Position numbers and translations under genes: made by a program. 64,000 bases of DNA from Akkermansia muciniphila (GTDB lineage Bacteria > Verrucomicrobiota > Verrucomicrobiia > Limisphaerales > BJHT01): the NCBI GenBank assembly GCA_945861535.1, contig CAMAUZ010000028.1, forward strand, positions 6,699 through 70,698, in the 5' to 3' direction. The number at the start of each line of letters is the position of its first letter. Positions within the stretch are counted from its first letter, which is position 1. This document shows, piece after piece, positions 40,918-50,474 of the stretch. A model generated the notes under the pieces. The model had not been told where the DNA came from, searched no databases, and saw nothing but the letters and a program-made list of their open reading frames with translations.

Positions 40918-41182
40918 GGGCGCATTCCAGTTTCCTGCAACCTTGGGCAGGCACGGGTGCCGTGCTCGCGGAAACTTGCGGCGGCACGCACGCGGGCGGG
41001 GTGGGGCAGGCATCCTTGCCTGCCAGTTCGGGCGGCATCCCTGCCGCCCGTTTCCATGGCCGAGCACCTTCGCCGAACTGGGAACACGGGGCAGGGATGC
41101 CCCGCCAACTGGCAGGCAAGGATGCCTGCCCCACCCGGCTGGCGCGGTCGCGACGCCGCGTGCAGGAAACTGAGCTGCGCCC
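40918..41182. mobile_element. MITE-like element, same TIR, cargo of GTGGGGCAGGCATCCTTGCCTGCC REPIN
   Basis: gggcgcattccagtttcctgca ... tgcaggaaactgagctgcgccc; colinear over its full length with the reverse complement of 46976-47241. Confidence 0.85.
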
Positions 41183-41233
41183 GCGACTGCGGCGGGCGTT
41201 GCGTGCGGCGGGCGTGCGGGTTAGAAAAACGAC

Positions 41234-41581
41234 ATGAACTGGCACGAGGTCATGGATGAGCGGAGTCTGGAATTGCATCAGGTGATTGCCCGCGAACTGC
41301 GGGCCGATCCGGCCAAACTGGACCGCGTCGTGGCGTGGATGGAGCGGTTTCTCAGCGATCCCGAGTACTCGATCCAATCCAAAGATGCGTTGCAGGAATG
41401 GCGGAAGATCATCCAGCAGGGCTTGCCGCGGGTGCTGGCGGCGCTGGCGGATGACAGCGACGAGGGCCAACGGATGCGCCAGAGCAGCCCCTTCGCGGTG
41501 ATCATGCCGCAGGACGAACGGGCGGAGATTTTTGCGAAGTATGAAGCGCGCCGACCTCGAACACATCTTGCGGGCGTGTAA
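41234..41581 (+). CDS. Small helical protein, putative antitoxin
   Basis: RSLELHQVIA...EW...RMRQSSPFA pattern; 115 aa; overlaps the next gene by 41 nt. Confidence 0.75.
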   Translation: MNWHEVMDERSLELHQVIARELRADPAKLDRVVAWMERFLSDPEYSIQSKDALQEWRKIIQQGLPRVLAALADDSDEGQRMRQSSPFAVIMPQDERAEIFAKYEARRPRTHLAGV

Positions 41582-42086
41582 GGGCACGACCGGCGAGACG
41601 GAGTTTATCGTCGTCGGCAGCCAGGCAATCCTCGGAAAATTTCCCGATGCGCCGCGCGTGCTGCGGGAGTCCATGGAGGCCGATGTTTATCCCAAGCTGC
41701 GTCCCGACCTGGCTCCCTTTCTCGACGGGAATCTCGGCGAGCTTTCCCTGTTCCATCAGACCCACGGCCTTTGGGTGGACGGTGTCTCCACGACCACGGC
41801 GACGCTGCCCGCCGGTTGGGAGGCGCGCTTGGTGAAGGTGTGCAATGAAAACACCGCGGGGGCCATCGGCTGGTGTCTCGATCCGCACGACATCGCCTAC
41901 AGCAAGCTGGCGGCGCGGCGGGAGAAGGACCTGGCGTACGTGGCGGCGCTGGTGCGGCACAAAATGATCCGGCCCGCGGCGATGGAGAAGCAGTTCGCCG
42001 GCACGCCCGACGCCGCGCTGCGGGCACGGCTGACGGAGGCCTGGGGTATCTGCCGGCGGCGCGCCGCCACGCCGGAAGCGGCGTAG
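41541..42086 (+). CDS. DUF6036-like nucleotidyltransferase
   Basis: M...LEHILRA, IVVGSQAILG, SMEAD (GS..DxD-like NTase motif), GELS.FH.THG, LP.GW..RL, CL.PHD...SKL.A.REKD. Confidence 0.8.
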   Translation: MKRADLEHILRACKGTTGETEFIVVGSQAILGKFPDAPRVLRESMEADVYPKLRPDLAPFLDGNLGELSLFHQTHGLWVDGVSTTTATLPAGWEARLVKVCNENTAGAIGWCLDPHDIAYSKLAARREKDLAYVAALVRHKMIRPAAMEKQFAGTPDAALRARLTEAWGICRRRAATPEAA

Positions 42087-42110
42087 GAGACTCGGGCCGG
42101 AGCGCTGGCG

Positions 42111-42563
42111 ATGCCTGACGTTTTCACGAAAACCAAGCGGTCGGCGGTGATGGCGCGCATCCGCTCGCGGGGGAACAAGGCCACGGAACTGGCGCTGGTG
42201 CGGGTGTTCCGGACGCTGCGGATTACGGGGTGGCGGCGGCATATTCCAATTCGGCATTCGCCATTCGCCATTCGCAGTTTCCAGGTTCGTCCGGATTTCG
42301 TTTTTCCCAAGCTCCGGCTGGCGGTGTTTGTGGACGGGTGCTTTTGGCACGGCTGTCCGCAGCACGCGACGCAGCCGAAAGGTAATGCGGCATTTTGGCG
42401 GAAGAAGTTCGCGGCGAACCAGGCGCGCGACCGGCTCGTGACTCGCACCCTGCGGCGGACGGGCTGGCGGGTGTTGCGCATCTGGGAACATGCGCTGGCC
42501 CGCAAGCACGCGGCGGCTTTGGAACGACGGCTGCGGCGGGCAACGCAGCCGGGCAGTCGGTGA
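42111..42563 (+). CDS. vsr: Very short patch repair endonuclease
   Basis: MPDVFT..KRS.VM..IRS, T.E, PDF.F, VFVDGCFWHGCP, FW..K...N..RD, GW.V.RIWE. Confidence 0.92.
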   Translation: MPDVFTKTKRSAVMARIRSRGNKATELALVRVFRTLRITGWRRHIPIRHSPFAIRSFQVRPDFVFPKLRLAVFVDGCFWHGCPQHATQPKGNAAFWRKKFAANQARDRLVTRTLRRTGWRVLRIWEHALARKHAAALERRLRRATQPGSR

Positions 42564-42588
42564 CGCGCCGTTCGCAGATCTTGGTTTT

Positions 42589-42680
42589 GTAGGAGACGAC
42601 GTAAGGAGACTCTGACCTTTTCCCCAAGTGCGGCACCGTCGCGCAGAAGGAGGCTAGAGTCTCCTCACGTCGTCTCCTAC
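42589..42680. repeat. GTAG-type REP doublet
   Basis: gtaggagacgacgtaaggagactct ... agagtctcctcacgtcgtctcctac. Confidence 0.88.
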
Positions 42681-42686
42681 AAGGGA

Positions 42687-43970
42687 TTATTTTCGCCCGG
42701 CCCCAGCGGCGGGCAGGGCGTCTTTGCCGTCGGTGAGCCACTCAAGATTGAAGCGGGCGACGGTGAGGAGGCCGGTGCGGTAGATGTCTTTTCCATCGGT
42801 GCTGCCGCGTTCGTAGAAGAGGAGGATGGTTCCGTCGTTGGCGACGGCGAGGTCGCTGTAGCCGCTGAAACCAGGCTCGATGGTCTTGGTCACGGGCCAG
42901 GTCACCGACTCGTCGTAGCTGAGTTTCACAGAGACGTTTTTGCGGTCGCGGCCTTTGCCAGGGGCTTCCTTGCCATCAGTGCGGGAGAGGTTGTGGGGGT
43001 TGGAGAACAGGAGGCGGTGCTTGTCGCTCGCGGGGGCTTCGCTCAGGCGGACCATGCTCGCCATGCAGATCGGTTCGAGCAGTTGGTCGTGAAACTGGGG
43101 CTGGCTCCAGCCGGTCGCGCCGTCGCGGCTGGTGGTGAGGAGACGGCGGTTGGCCTTGGATTCACTGCGCATGTTCAGGAGCACACGGCCGTCGGCGAGT
43201 TGCGCGGCGCAGGTTTCGTTCGGGATGTTCCAGTCGCCGGTGTTGGGTCCGGCGATCTCGCCGCGCAGCCAGGTGCGCCCGTGGTCGTCGCTGTAAATGA
43301 CCGACGTGACCGAGGGCCGGTGGGCGTGGCCGCCCGTGCCGAGCGAGAGCCAGACGGGCACGACGAGCCGGCCGTTCTGGAGCTGGATGCCGTGGCCGGG
43401 GCCGGTGGCGAGGACTTTCCAATCGTACTCGGGGCGGAACTTGTCGAAGGATGCGGTGATCTCGACGGGCGGCGTCCAGGTGAGGCCGTCATCGTCGCTG
43501 CGCAAATAGAAGCAGCGGGCGTATTCGAGACAGAAGAGGAAGTGGACCGCGCCGTTCGCGTCGGCGATGGCGAGCGGGTTGTTGTAGGTGACCTCGCCGG
43601 GCGTCGCGAGTTTCTGGGCGAGCGCGACGGGGTTTTTGGCTTTCGGTCCGGGGACGTTGGCGAGCGTGGTGCGTGGTCCCCAGGTCTTGCCGCCATCGGC
43701 CGAGCGACGCAGGAGGATGTCGATCTGGCCCCAATCGCCGCGGTCGTTTTTGCGCGCTTCGCAGTACGCCAGCACGGTGCCGCGCTTCGTCACGACGATG
43801 CCGGGGATGCGGTAAAGTTTGTAGCCCTCCTGGCTTGCCGTGAAGAGATCGACCTTCTCGAGGAACGGCGCGGCGGCGTGGGCCGGGGTGGTGAGGACGG
43901 CGGCGCAGAGGAGCGCACGGAGGGCGGCGACAAGATTCATGGGAATGAGTTTGGGCACGGGGTCGGACAT
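42687..43970 (-). CDS. Sialidase-family (GH33, BNR repeat) glycoside hydrolase
   Basis: Signal peptide; YRIP motif; Asp boxes SADGGKTW, SDDDGLTW, SDDHGRTW, SRDGATGW, SYDESVTW; GYSDL. Start 43970 or 43940. Confidence 0.92.
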   Translation of the reverse strand: MSDPVPKLIPMNLVAALRALLCAAVLTTPAHAAAPFLEKVDLFTASQEGYKLYRIPGIVVTKRGTVLAYCEARKNDRGDWGQIDILLRRSADGGKTWGPRTTLANVPGPKAKNPVALAQKLATPGEVTYNNPLAIADANGAVHFLFCLEYARCFYLRSDDDGLTWTPPVEITASFDKFRPEYDWKVLATGPGHGIQLQNGRLVVPVWLSLGTGGHAHRPSVTSVIYSDDHGRTWLRGEIAGPNTGDWNIPNETCAAQLADGRVLLNMRSESKANRRLLTTSRDGATGWSQPQFHDQLLEPICMASMVRLSEAPASDKHRLLFSNPHNLSRTDGKEAPGKGRDRKNVSVKLSYDESVTWPVTKTIEPGFSGYSDLAVANDGTILLFYERGSTDGKDIYRTGLLTVARFNLEWLTDGKDALPAAGAGRK

Positions 43971-44002
43971 TGCAAGCAGACGACAGGTTCAGGGGCGCAG
44001 CT

Positions 44003-44272
44003 GGGCGCATCTCAATTTCTGGCAGACGGTCTGGCTCCCGCACCGCGCGTGTGGGGCAGGCATCCTTGCCTGCCAGTTCACGGGGCATCCTTGCCCCGTG
44101 TTCCTGCCCGGTGACCTGCCCCGCCGTCGGCCGTTGGGAACGGGCGGCAGGATGCCGCCCGAACTGGCAGGCTGGAAGCCTGCCCCACGGCACCGGAACC
44201 TCCGCACGCCTTGGCCTCTTTACGGGACGGCGCCAACGCGCACCGATCGTGGCAAGAAACTGAGATGCGCCC
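44003..44272. mobile_element. MITE-like element, same TIR, variant GTGGGGCAGG REPIN cargo
   Basis: gggcgcatctcaatttctggca ... ggcaagaaactgagatgcgccc; flanks ggcgcagct / ggcgcatct (8/9 direct repeat). Confidence 0.85.
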
Positions 44273-44307
44273 GGCGCATCTGCGCGCGGCCTCCGTGTGG
44301 CGCAGAG

Positions 44308-44620
44308 TTCCAAGTCTCAGACATCCTGATCTCTGGCAACATCGTCGCCCGGACCGTGACCGGAGGGATCTGTCTTCACGCGGGAAAGAACAATCTGGTC
44401 GCGAACAACCTTCTGGTGGACGGACGGGACCGGCAGGTGCATCTCCACCCCGAGGGACCGGACCTGACCGGCAGCCGGTTCGTGCGCAACAGCGTGGCTC
44501 ATTCCCGGCCGCCGGCGGAATTTCTTTGCCTGTTCCAGTCCTGGAAGCGGAACCAGCGGGGACGGTTTTCCGGGTGCGACAAGAACCTCTACTGGGTCAC
44601 GGGCGCGGTCATCGCGGGAC
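44308..44620 (+). pseudogene. C-terminal fragment of a right-handed beta-helix protein
   Basis: DILISGNIVARTVTGGICLHAGKNNLVANNLLVDG...FVRN...CDKNLYW; no start codon, begins just after the MITE. Confidence 0.6.
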
Positions 44621-44695
44621 TCCCGCCGTCTCGACGGGGAAGTTTTGGAAGCGCTCCTGCCGATGGCTGCTCCCGCGCCGGCCGGCATCGCGCCG

Positions 44696-46567
44696 TCAGG
44701 GAATCACCGGCAGCAGGATGTGCGACGGGCGCTCGGGATTGTGATGCAGCGTATTCTTGGCCGTGACCATGCTTCGGTGCCGGTTGAGCGGTTCGCCGGT
44801 GTTCGGGTTCACATCGAAGCGCGGGAAGTTGCTGCTCGAAATGTCCACCCGGATGCGGTGGCCCCGCTTGAAGACGTTTGAGGTGGGGTAGAGCTTGATC
44901 GTGATGGGATACACGGTGCCCGGCTGCATCAGTTTCTCCTGCTTGAGCGAGTCACGGAAGCGCGCCCGCACAATGCCGTCGGCGATGTTCAGGTCGAATC
45001 CACCCGGGAAATCCGCGCCGGGCGGATACACGTCGATCAACTTCGCGGTGAAATCGGTGTCCACGGCCAAAGAACTTGCCCACAGCCGCACTTCGAGTTC
45101 TCCCGTGACCTCGGTGTCCTGGGGCAGCGGCTCAGTCTGGAAAACGAGCACGTCGTTGCGCGCGGAGAGGGGGAGGGGTTTCGGCCAGTTCCAGAAGTTG
45201 GTGCCGCCCCGTTGATCCCACGCGCCCTGCTGCATGATGCCATCGCCGGAGGAAATGTTGCCGCCCAGCGTGGGCACGGGATGGCGTGGGTCGAACTCGA
45301 AGCTCGTGGTGGCGCCGGGGGCGGAGGGTTTCTGCGGGCTCAAACCGCCGCCCGGTTGCAGGTAAAACGCCGTCGTCCGCGTGCGTGCCAGCGGCCACTC
45401 CTGCTCGTCGCGCCAGTAGCCGCCGTGGTGGAGCAGGCCCGCTTCCGTCTTGCGCCCGTCGCCGGTGCCCATGACGAACAGTCGCACCTTCGTGGCAAAG
45501 GGCGCGGCTCTGCCTACCGAGTTGTCGAGCCCCTTGAGCCATTTGTCATACCACTCCAGTCGCCACGCCCATTGGTCGGGCACGGCTGCCGACGGCCCGA
45601 ATGACACCTGACCATGTGCGGACTTATCCTGCGCGCCATGAATCCAAGGCCCCATGATCAGATACACCGGGCTGCGGATTGCCTTGGTCAATGCCGTGAA
45701 ATTGGCCGTGGTGTTCCCGGCCCACGAGTCATACCAGCCGCCGACCAGATAGACCGGCAAGTCCTGGTAGCGTCCGGGGAAGTCCACGATGTTGTTTTGC
45801 TCCCAGAAGGAATCGTTCGCCCCGTGCTCCATGGCATCGACCAGCCATTCCTCGAATTCGGGCGCGAGCTTCAGCGGCGTGGTGCCGCGGCGCAGCGGGA
45901 GCTGGCGAAGATACTCGTGGCGATGGTCGGCCATTTCCTTGAGCACGGCCGCCGTGGCCGGGTCGCGGGCGGCGCGGCTGCCGCGGCCGGCGTTGAGCAT
46001 GATCCAGTTCCAAAACCGCAGCTCGAACGCGCCGGCGTTCCGCATGCTTTGCCGGCCCATGTTCGCCACCGCGTCCACGGGAATGACCGTCTTGAGCTGC
46101 GGCACGCCCTCCATCGCCATCGCGTGCTGCGTGCCGCCGACGTAACTGGTCCCGATCATCCCGATCTTACCGTCGGACCACGGCTGCGCGGCGATCCACG
46201 CGGCGCAGTCGGCCCCGTCCTTGCCGTCATCCGTCAACCAATGCCAGACACCTTCCGAGCCGTAGCGCCCGCGCGTGTCCTGCGCCACGAAAACATAGCC
46301 GTGCGCCGCGTAGTATTTGCCCGGGATCGTGCCACCCGTTTTGTTGTAAGGCGTGCGCGTGAGAATCACGGGGAAACGCCCTGTCACGGCCTGTCCATCC
46401 TTCGCGGGCAGGTAAAGGTCGGTCGTGAGTTTCACGCCGTCACGCATGGCAACCACGATGTTGGTGCGGACGATCACCTGGAACTCGGCGTCCCGCGCGG
46501 CAGCGGTGCAGGCAAACACGAGCGCTCCGGCGAGGGTGGACAACAGGGGAACGAGCGGGAGTTTCAT
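44696..46567 (-). CDS. CocE/NonD family hydrolase (S15)
   Basis: Signal peptide; MRDGV.L.TD.Y.P, RTPY, QD.RG..GSEG, WSDG.IGM.GTSY.G, GGWYD, GPW.H, SSSNFPRF..N.NTG. Confidence 0.94.
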   Translation of the reverse strand: MKLPLVPLLSTLAGALVFACTAAARDAEFQVIVRTNIVVAMRDGVKLTTDLYLPAKDGQAVTGRFPVILTRTPYNKTGGTIPGKYYAAHGYVFVAQDTRGRYGSEGVWHWLTDDGKDGADCAAWIAAQPWSDGKIGMIGTSYVGGTQHAMAMEGVPQLKTVIPVDAVANMGRQSMRNAGAFELRFWNWIMLNAGRGSRAARDPATAAVLKEMADHRHEYLRQLPLRRGTTPLKLAPEFEEWLVDAMEHGANDSFWEQNNIVDFPGRYQDLPVYLVGGWYDSWAGNTTANFTALTKAIRSPVYLIMGPWIHGAQDKSAHGQVSFGPSAAVPDQWAWRLEWYDKWLKGLDNSVGRAAPFATKVRLFVMGTGDGRKTEAGLLHHGGYWRDEQEWPLARTRTTAFYLQPGGGLSPQKPSAPGATTSFEFDPRHPVPTLGGNISSGDGIMQQGAWDQRGGTNFWNWPKPLPLSARNDVLVFQTEPLPQDTEVTGELEVRLWASSLAVDTDFTAKLIDVYPPGADFPGGFDLNIADGIVRARFRDSLKQEKLMQPGTVYPITIKLYPTSNVFKRGHRIRVDISSSNFPRFDVNPNTGEPLNRHRSMVTAKNTLHHNPERPSHILLPVIP

Positions 46568-46975
46568 TAGAGCTGTGAGCTTTGTGACTCATCCCGGTGG
46601 CGTCAAAACCAAATCGCACGCGCCGCGTTCATGGCCTTGAACAGCAGATGCAATTCAGCGCGGTATGGACTCTGTTCCCCGGCAATTGCCCCGGGAGTTC
46701 ATGCTGGCACGGCTTGACACCCCGTCCGGCCTCGGTTGGCAGGTCCGACAGGCGTAGCAGACCGGACTGTTCCGGGGCGGGAGAAGCGGTTGTCATGACT
46801 GGGCTCGGATTCGCCATGGTTTTCTGCCGGTCGGAATCACGGAATCGATCCCTCATTGCCCATCGCCTGCCGTCGCGCACCGTCATCAGCGGTGGTATTG
46901 AAATCGGCATGCGGGCGCGGACCTGCGTGAACCACGACGTTCGCGCGACACGCAGGTGCCCGCGCGCGGCCACGC

Positions 46976-47241
46976 AGGCGCATCGCAGTTTCTTGCACGC
47001 GGCTTGGCGTCCGCGCCAGCCGGGTGGGGCAGGCATCCTTGCCTGCCAGTTGGCGGGGCATCCCTGCCCCGTGTTCCCGGTTCCGCGTGGGATGCTCGAC
47101 CATGGAAACGGGCGGCAGGGATGCCGCCCGAACTGGCAGGCAAGGATGCCTGCCCCACCCCGCCCGCGCGCGTGCCGCCGCAGGTTTCCTCGAGAACGGC
47201 ACCCGTGCCTGCCGAAGGTTGCAGGAAACTGAGATGCCCCC
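46976..47241. mobile_element. MITE-like element, inverted copy of 40918-41182
   Basis: aggcgcatcgcagtttcttgca ... tgcaggaaactgagatgccccc; flanks gcgcggccacgc / gcgcgcccacgt (10/12). Confidence 0.85.
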
Positions 47242-47304
47242 GCGCGCCCACGTGTTCGTTTGATTGCGGTTGACCCCACCTGCGGTGCTCGCCATGTTCG
47301 CCGC

Positions 47305-48087
47305 ATGACCCGTTTTAGTACGCGCCCTGGCGGCGCATTTACGTTGATCGAATTGCTGGTGGTCATTGCCATCATTGGCATCCTGGCCAGCATGTTGTTG
47401 CCCGCCCTTGGCAAGGCCAAGGCCAGAGCCAAAGGCACCCAATGCAACAGCAACATGAGGCAGGTCATGATGGGCACCACCCAGTATATCGAGGACTGTA
47501 ACGGTTACATTCCTCCCATGGGGATGGACAAGGTGGTGTCTTTTCCAGGCCTTCAAAATGCTGCGCCAAGTGGCACGCTGTGGATCACCAACATGGCCTA
47601 CTATTATTGGCCGGACATCATGCGGCCCTATCTGGGAACCCGCTCCATTATCACCTGTCCGACGGTGACCGACTCCGCGAAACTGGGAATTGGGATGACC
47701 TATTGCCAGGTGCTCGCGGGCACGATTGGGATTCTCGATCCCTCCAATGCCGGTCAGCTCAAGCGCGAGTCGATGATTGCTCGCCCGAGTGAGACGGTAT
47801 TTTTCGGGGACGCCGGAGATGTGACGCCGGCGACCCTGGGTTTGGCCCCGGACCAATGGGTCGGGGATCCCGCTGGAGCGGGCACCCAGTTCTTTCGCAT
47901 TCCCGATCCCGGGGCGGTGGTTGCCGGTTGGGGATCGTGGGGGGCGAGAACCGAACGGATGTTCAATCGTCATGACGGACGGGTGAACGTCGCCCTGATG
48001 GACGGACGGACCGAATACTTCTCAGTCAGCAAGGTCGGCTTCCAATACCCCGCGGGTGACCTGCTGAGTTGGTGGGATACCAAGTGA
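47305..48087 (+). CDS. Prepilin-type N-methylation protein with H-X9-DG motif (DUF1559-like)
   Basis: [28 protein letters not shown]...QC..N.RQ; C-terminal [13 protein letters not shown]. Confidence 0.92.
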   Translation: MTRFSTRPGGAFTLIELLVVIAIIGILASMLLPALGKAKARAKGTQCNSNMRQVMMGTTQYIEDCNGYIPPMGMDKVVSFPGLQNAAPSGTLWITNMAYYYWPDIMRPYLGTRSIITCPTVTDSAKLGIGMTYCQVLAGTIGILDPSNAGQLKRESMIARPSETVFFGDAGDVTPATLGLAPDQWVGDPAGAGTQFFRIPDPGAVVAGWGSWGARTERMFNRHDGRVNVALMDGRTEYFSVSKVGFQYPAGDLLSWWDTK

Positions 48088-48093
48088 AGCCAA

Positions 48094-48426
48094 GTGAAAC
48101 CGTCGCGTTTTATTCTCTGGTTGGTCGCCGGCAGCCTGCTGGGTGTCTCCGGTTGCGGTGGCAAGAATAATAGCGGGCCGCCGGGACCCTTGCCGCTCAC
48201 GCCGGAAGCCCGGCAAATTCTCGACGCCGCAGACAAGTCCCCCGAGGCCGCGTTGGACCTGTTGAACGAGACGATGAAAGATTGGCTCATCCGGCGCCCC
48301 GATTACCCGAAAACTGTGCAGGAATTCGTCACGGCCCGCGTCCTGCCGCGGCTGCCGACCCCGCCAGTTGGCAAAGAGTTTGCCATCGATCGCACTCGCG
48401 GTGTGGTCGTGCTGGTGGACAAATAG
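48094..48426 (+). CDS. Small lipoprotein
   Basis: MKPSRFILWLVAGSLLGVSG-C lipobox; 6 nt after the prepilin gene; P....E.V....LP.LP.PP.GK.F.ID motif. Confidence 0.8.
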   Translation: MKPSRFILWLVAGSLLGVSGCGGKNNSGPPGPLPLTPEARQILDAADKSPEAALDLLNETMKDWLIRRPDYPKTVQEFVTARVLPRLPTPPVGKEFAIDRTRGVVVLVDK

Positions 48427-48536
48427 CCTGACGGGTTTTGCAAAGCGGGGCAGCAGACACAATGCCCTGAGACCGCGGGCCGTTCCCCGGAGGATGACAC
48501 TGGTGCCGCGGCGTCCTTTTACTTTTGAAATTACTA

Positions 48537-50360
48537 ATGAAGTTATGTTTGCCGCTGTGCGCGGTGATGGTGAGTTGTTGGGCGATGGCCTCCGAGCCAG
48601 CGCGAGTACCGGAATCCCGGCAGGCCGCCGCACCGTTGCGCAGCGACCCGGTAGCAAGGACCACCCCGGTCCCATTGCTGGCGGTCAATGCGGCGCCTGG
48701 CCAGGTGACAAAGGAGTCGGCGGACTTCTCCGTGTGGCAGGTCGATTCCATGGAGAAGGTTTTCCGGGAGGCAGCCCTGCCAAACCTGCCTCGTGGCGAC
48801 CTAACCATCGACGCCGCACGTAACGAAGTCATCTCTGCCCAAGTCGTCGTCTGGTGCAAGGAACCGATGGAAAAAGTGGCTTGCCGGGCAGGCACTCTCA
48901 AGCTGGGGGCAGGTCAGCCCATCCCCGCGCCGCGGGTCAGATGGGTCGGTTACGTGCCGGTGGGAACGGACTGGAAACAGATCAGTGGCCCCTTTAAGCC
49001 TTTCCCTGATCCGCTGATGGAGAATGCTCCCGAAAAGATCGAACCTGGAATGGCGCAACCGATCTGGTTGACCTATAAGATCCCGGCTGATTCAGCGCCG
49101 GGACTGTATCAGGGAGAGGTGGAGGTCGAGGCGACCATCCAGGGAAAGGTTCGGGCGATGAAATTTCCGCTGCGGATTCAGGTGTATGCCGCGAAGCTGC
49201 CGGACACGCGCACGCTCAAGGTCAGCAACTGGACATGGTTTGACAACAGTGGCGTAGCCAAACTGTGCGGCGTGGAGGAAGTTTACAGCGAGCCGTTCTG
49301 GAAACTGATGGAAGTGGTGGCACAAAACATGGCGGCTCACCGCCAGAACGTCATCTTCACACCGCTGCAGGGCGGGTGGTCGCAGAACGATCTGATCACT
49401 GCCAAAGTGAACCCGCAAGGGAAGCTGGAAATTGACTTTACCCTGTTCGATCGCTGGGTGACCATATTCCGAGCGGCCGGAGTGGACGGTCTGATCGAAG
49501 GGGTCCAACTGGCCCGCCCGAACAAAAGAGGAGGAAAAAACTACATCGCAGATGGGGGACACTTCAAATCTGTGGCGTGGAAAATCGAAGAAGGCAAAGC
49601 GGTGCGCGTGTGGCTCGGCTCGATGAGCGAGGAATATGACCAGTATCTTGCGCTCTATCTCCCGGCACTGCAGAAGCATCTTGAAGCGAAGGGTTGGCTG
49701 AAGAGCTATGTCCAGCACATTTATGATGAACCACAGCCGAGCCACGCTGAGACCTACAATCTGTTCGTTAAACGGGTCAAGCAGTACGCTCCCTGGATTA
49801 GGATCATCGACGCGGTCTCGACGGACAAGGTGCTCGCATCGGTTGACATCATGGTGCCGCTCTACGGCGCGGCCTTCACGCCGAAGGCCGTGGCGGAGCG
49901 GGTGCGTGCGAAAGACAAAGAGCTGTGGTTCTACACCTGCATCGCCCCCAGTCCTTTGAATCGCTTTATCTCCGAACCCCCGACCCATCCCCGGTTGCTG
50001 CATTGGGCGAATTTCACCACCCATACCACCGGCTATCTGCATTGGGGGTATAATTGGTGGATAGAGCGGAAGGATCCGCTCCAAGGCAGGTGGAAACTTC
50101 GGCCCGGCGACGAATGGCTGGTGTATCCCAAGCCGGGTGGGGTGCTGGATTCCATCCGGTCGGAGGCGATCCTCGAGGGGCTGCAGGATCACGAATTGCT
50201 CGTCACGCTGGCCGCGCGGGACGCCACGGCGGCCGAGCGGATTGGCAAAATGCCCGGCCGGCATAATGCGAAATCCAAAGAGACCACCGGGCCGCGTCGT
50301 GACAGCGTTGAGACGTTGCGGGCGGCAAGGAAGGAATTGTTGCAGGCGCTCAGCGAGTGA
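48537..50360 (+). CDS. DUF4091 / GH123-like putative glycoside hydrolase
   Basis: Signal peptide; AARNE...Q, PDPL, QP.WL...P....PG.Y.G, DF..FD.WV, YDEP (adjacent acidic pair), G.LHWGYN.W, GD..LVYP, SIR.E...EG.QD.E. Confidence 0.82.
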   Translation: MKLCLPLCAVMVSCWAMASEPARVPESRQAAAPLRSDPVARTTPVPLLAVNAAPGQVTKESADFSVWQVDSMEKVFREAALPNLPRGDLTIDAARNEVISAQVVVWCKEPMEKVACRAGTLKLGAGQPIPAPRVRWVGYVPVGTDWKQISGPFKPFPDPLMENAPEKIEPGMAQPIWLTYKIPADSAPGLYQGEVEVEATIQGKVRAMKFPLRIQVYAAKLPDTRTLKVSNWTWFDNSGVAKLCGVEEVYSEPFWKLMEVVAQNMAAHRQNVIFTPLQGGWSQNDLITAKVNPQGKLEIDFTLFDRWVTIFRAAGVDGLIEGVQLARPNKRGGKNYIADGGHFKSVAWKIEEGKAVRVWLGSMSEEYDQYLALYLPALQKHLEAKGWLKSYVQHIYDEPQPSHAETYNLFVKRVKQYAPWIRIIDAVSTDKVLASVDIMVPLYGAAFTPKAVAERVRAKDKELWFYTCIAPSPLNRFISEPPTHPRLLHWANFTTHTTGYLHWGYNWWIERKDPLQGRWKLRPGDEWLVYPKPGGVLDSIRSEAILEGLQDHELLVTLAARDATAAERIGKMPGRHNAKSKETTGPRRDSVETLRAARKELLQALSE

Positions 50361-50474
50361 TCCGACTGCTCAACACTCCGGGACTTTGCATCACAAGTTC
50401 GCTTGCAATATTTTGAACAGCCAACCAACCGTAATCATCCCGATGAGCATGACAATCCACCGCGGAGCAGTGCA

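Noticed and set aside
40551-41259. Recurrent short ORFs with GAGILACQ / GHPCPVFPV / WQARMPAPP peptides (also near 31300, 44050, 47000, 63400)
   Set aside because: Translations of the REPIN/MITE sequence in several frames, not a protein family.
46704-46720. TGGCACGGCTTGAC as a sigma54 promoter
   Set aside because: The -12 TTGC element is missing at the required spacing.
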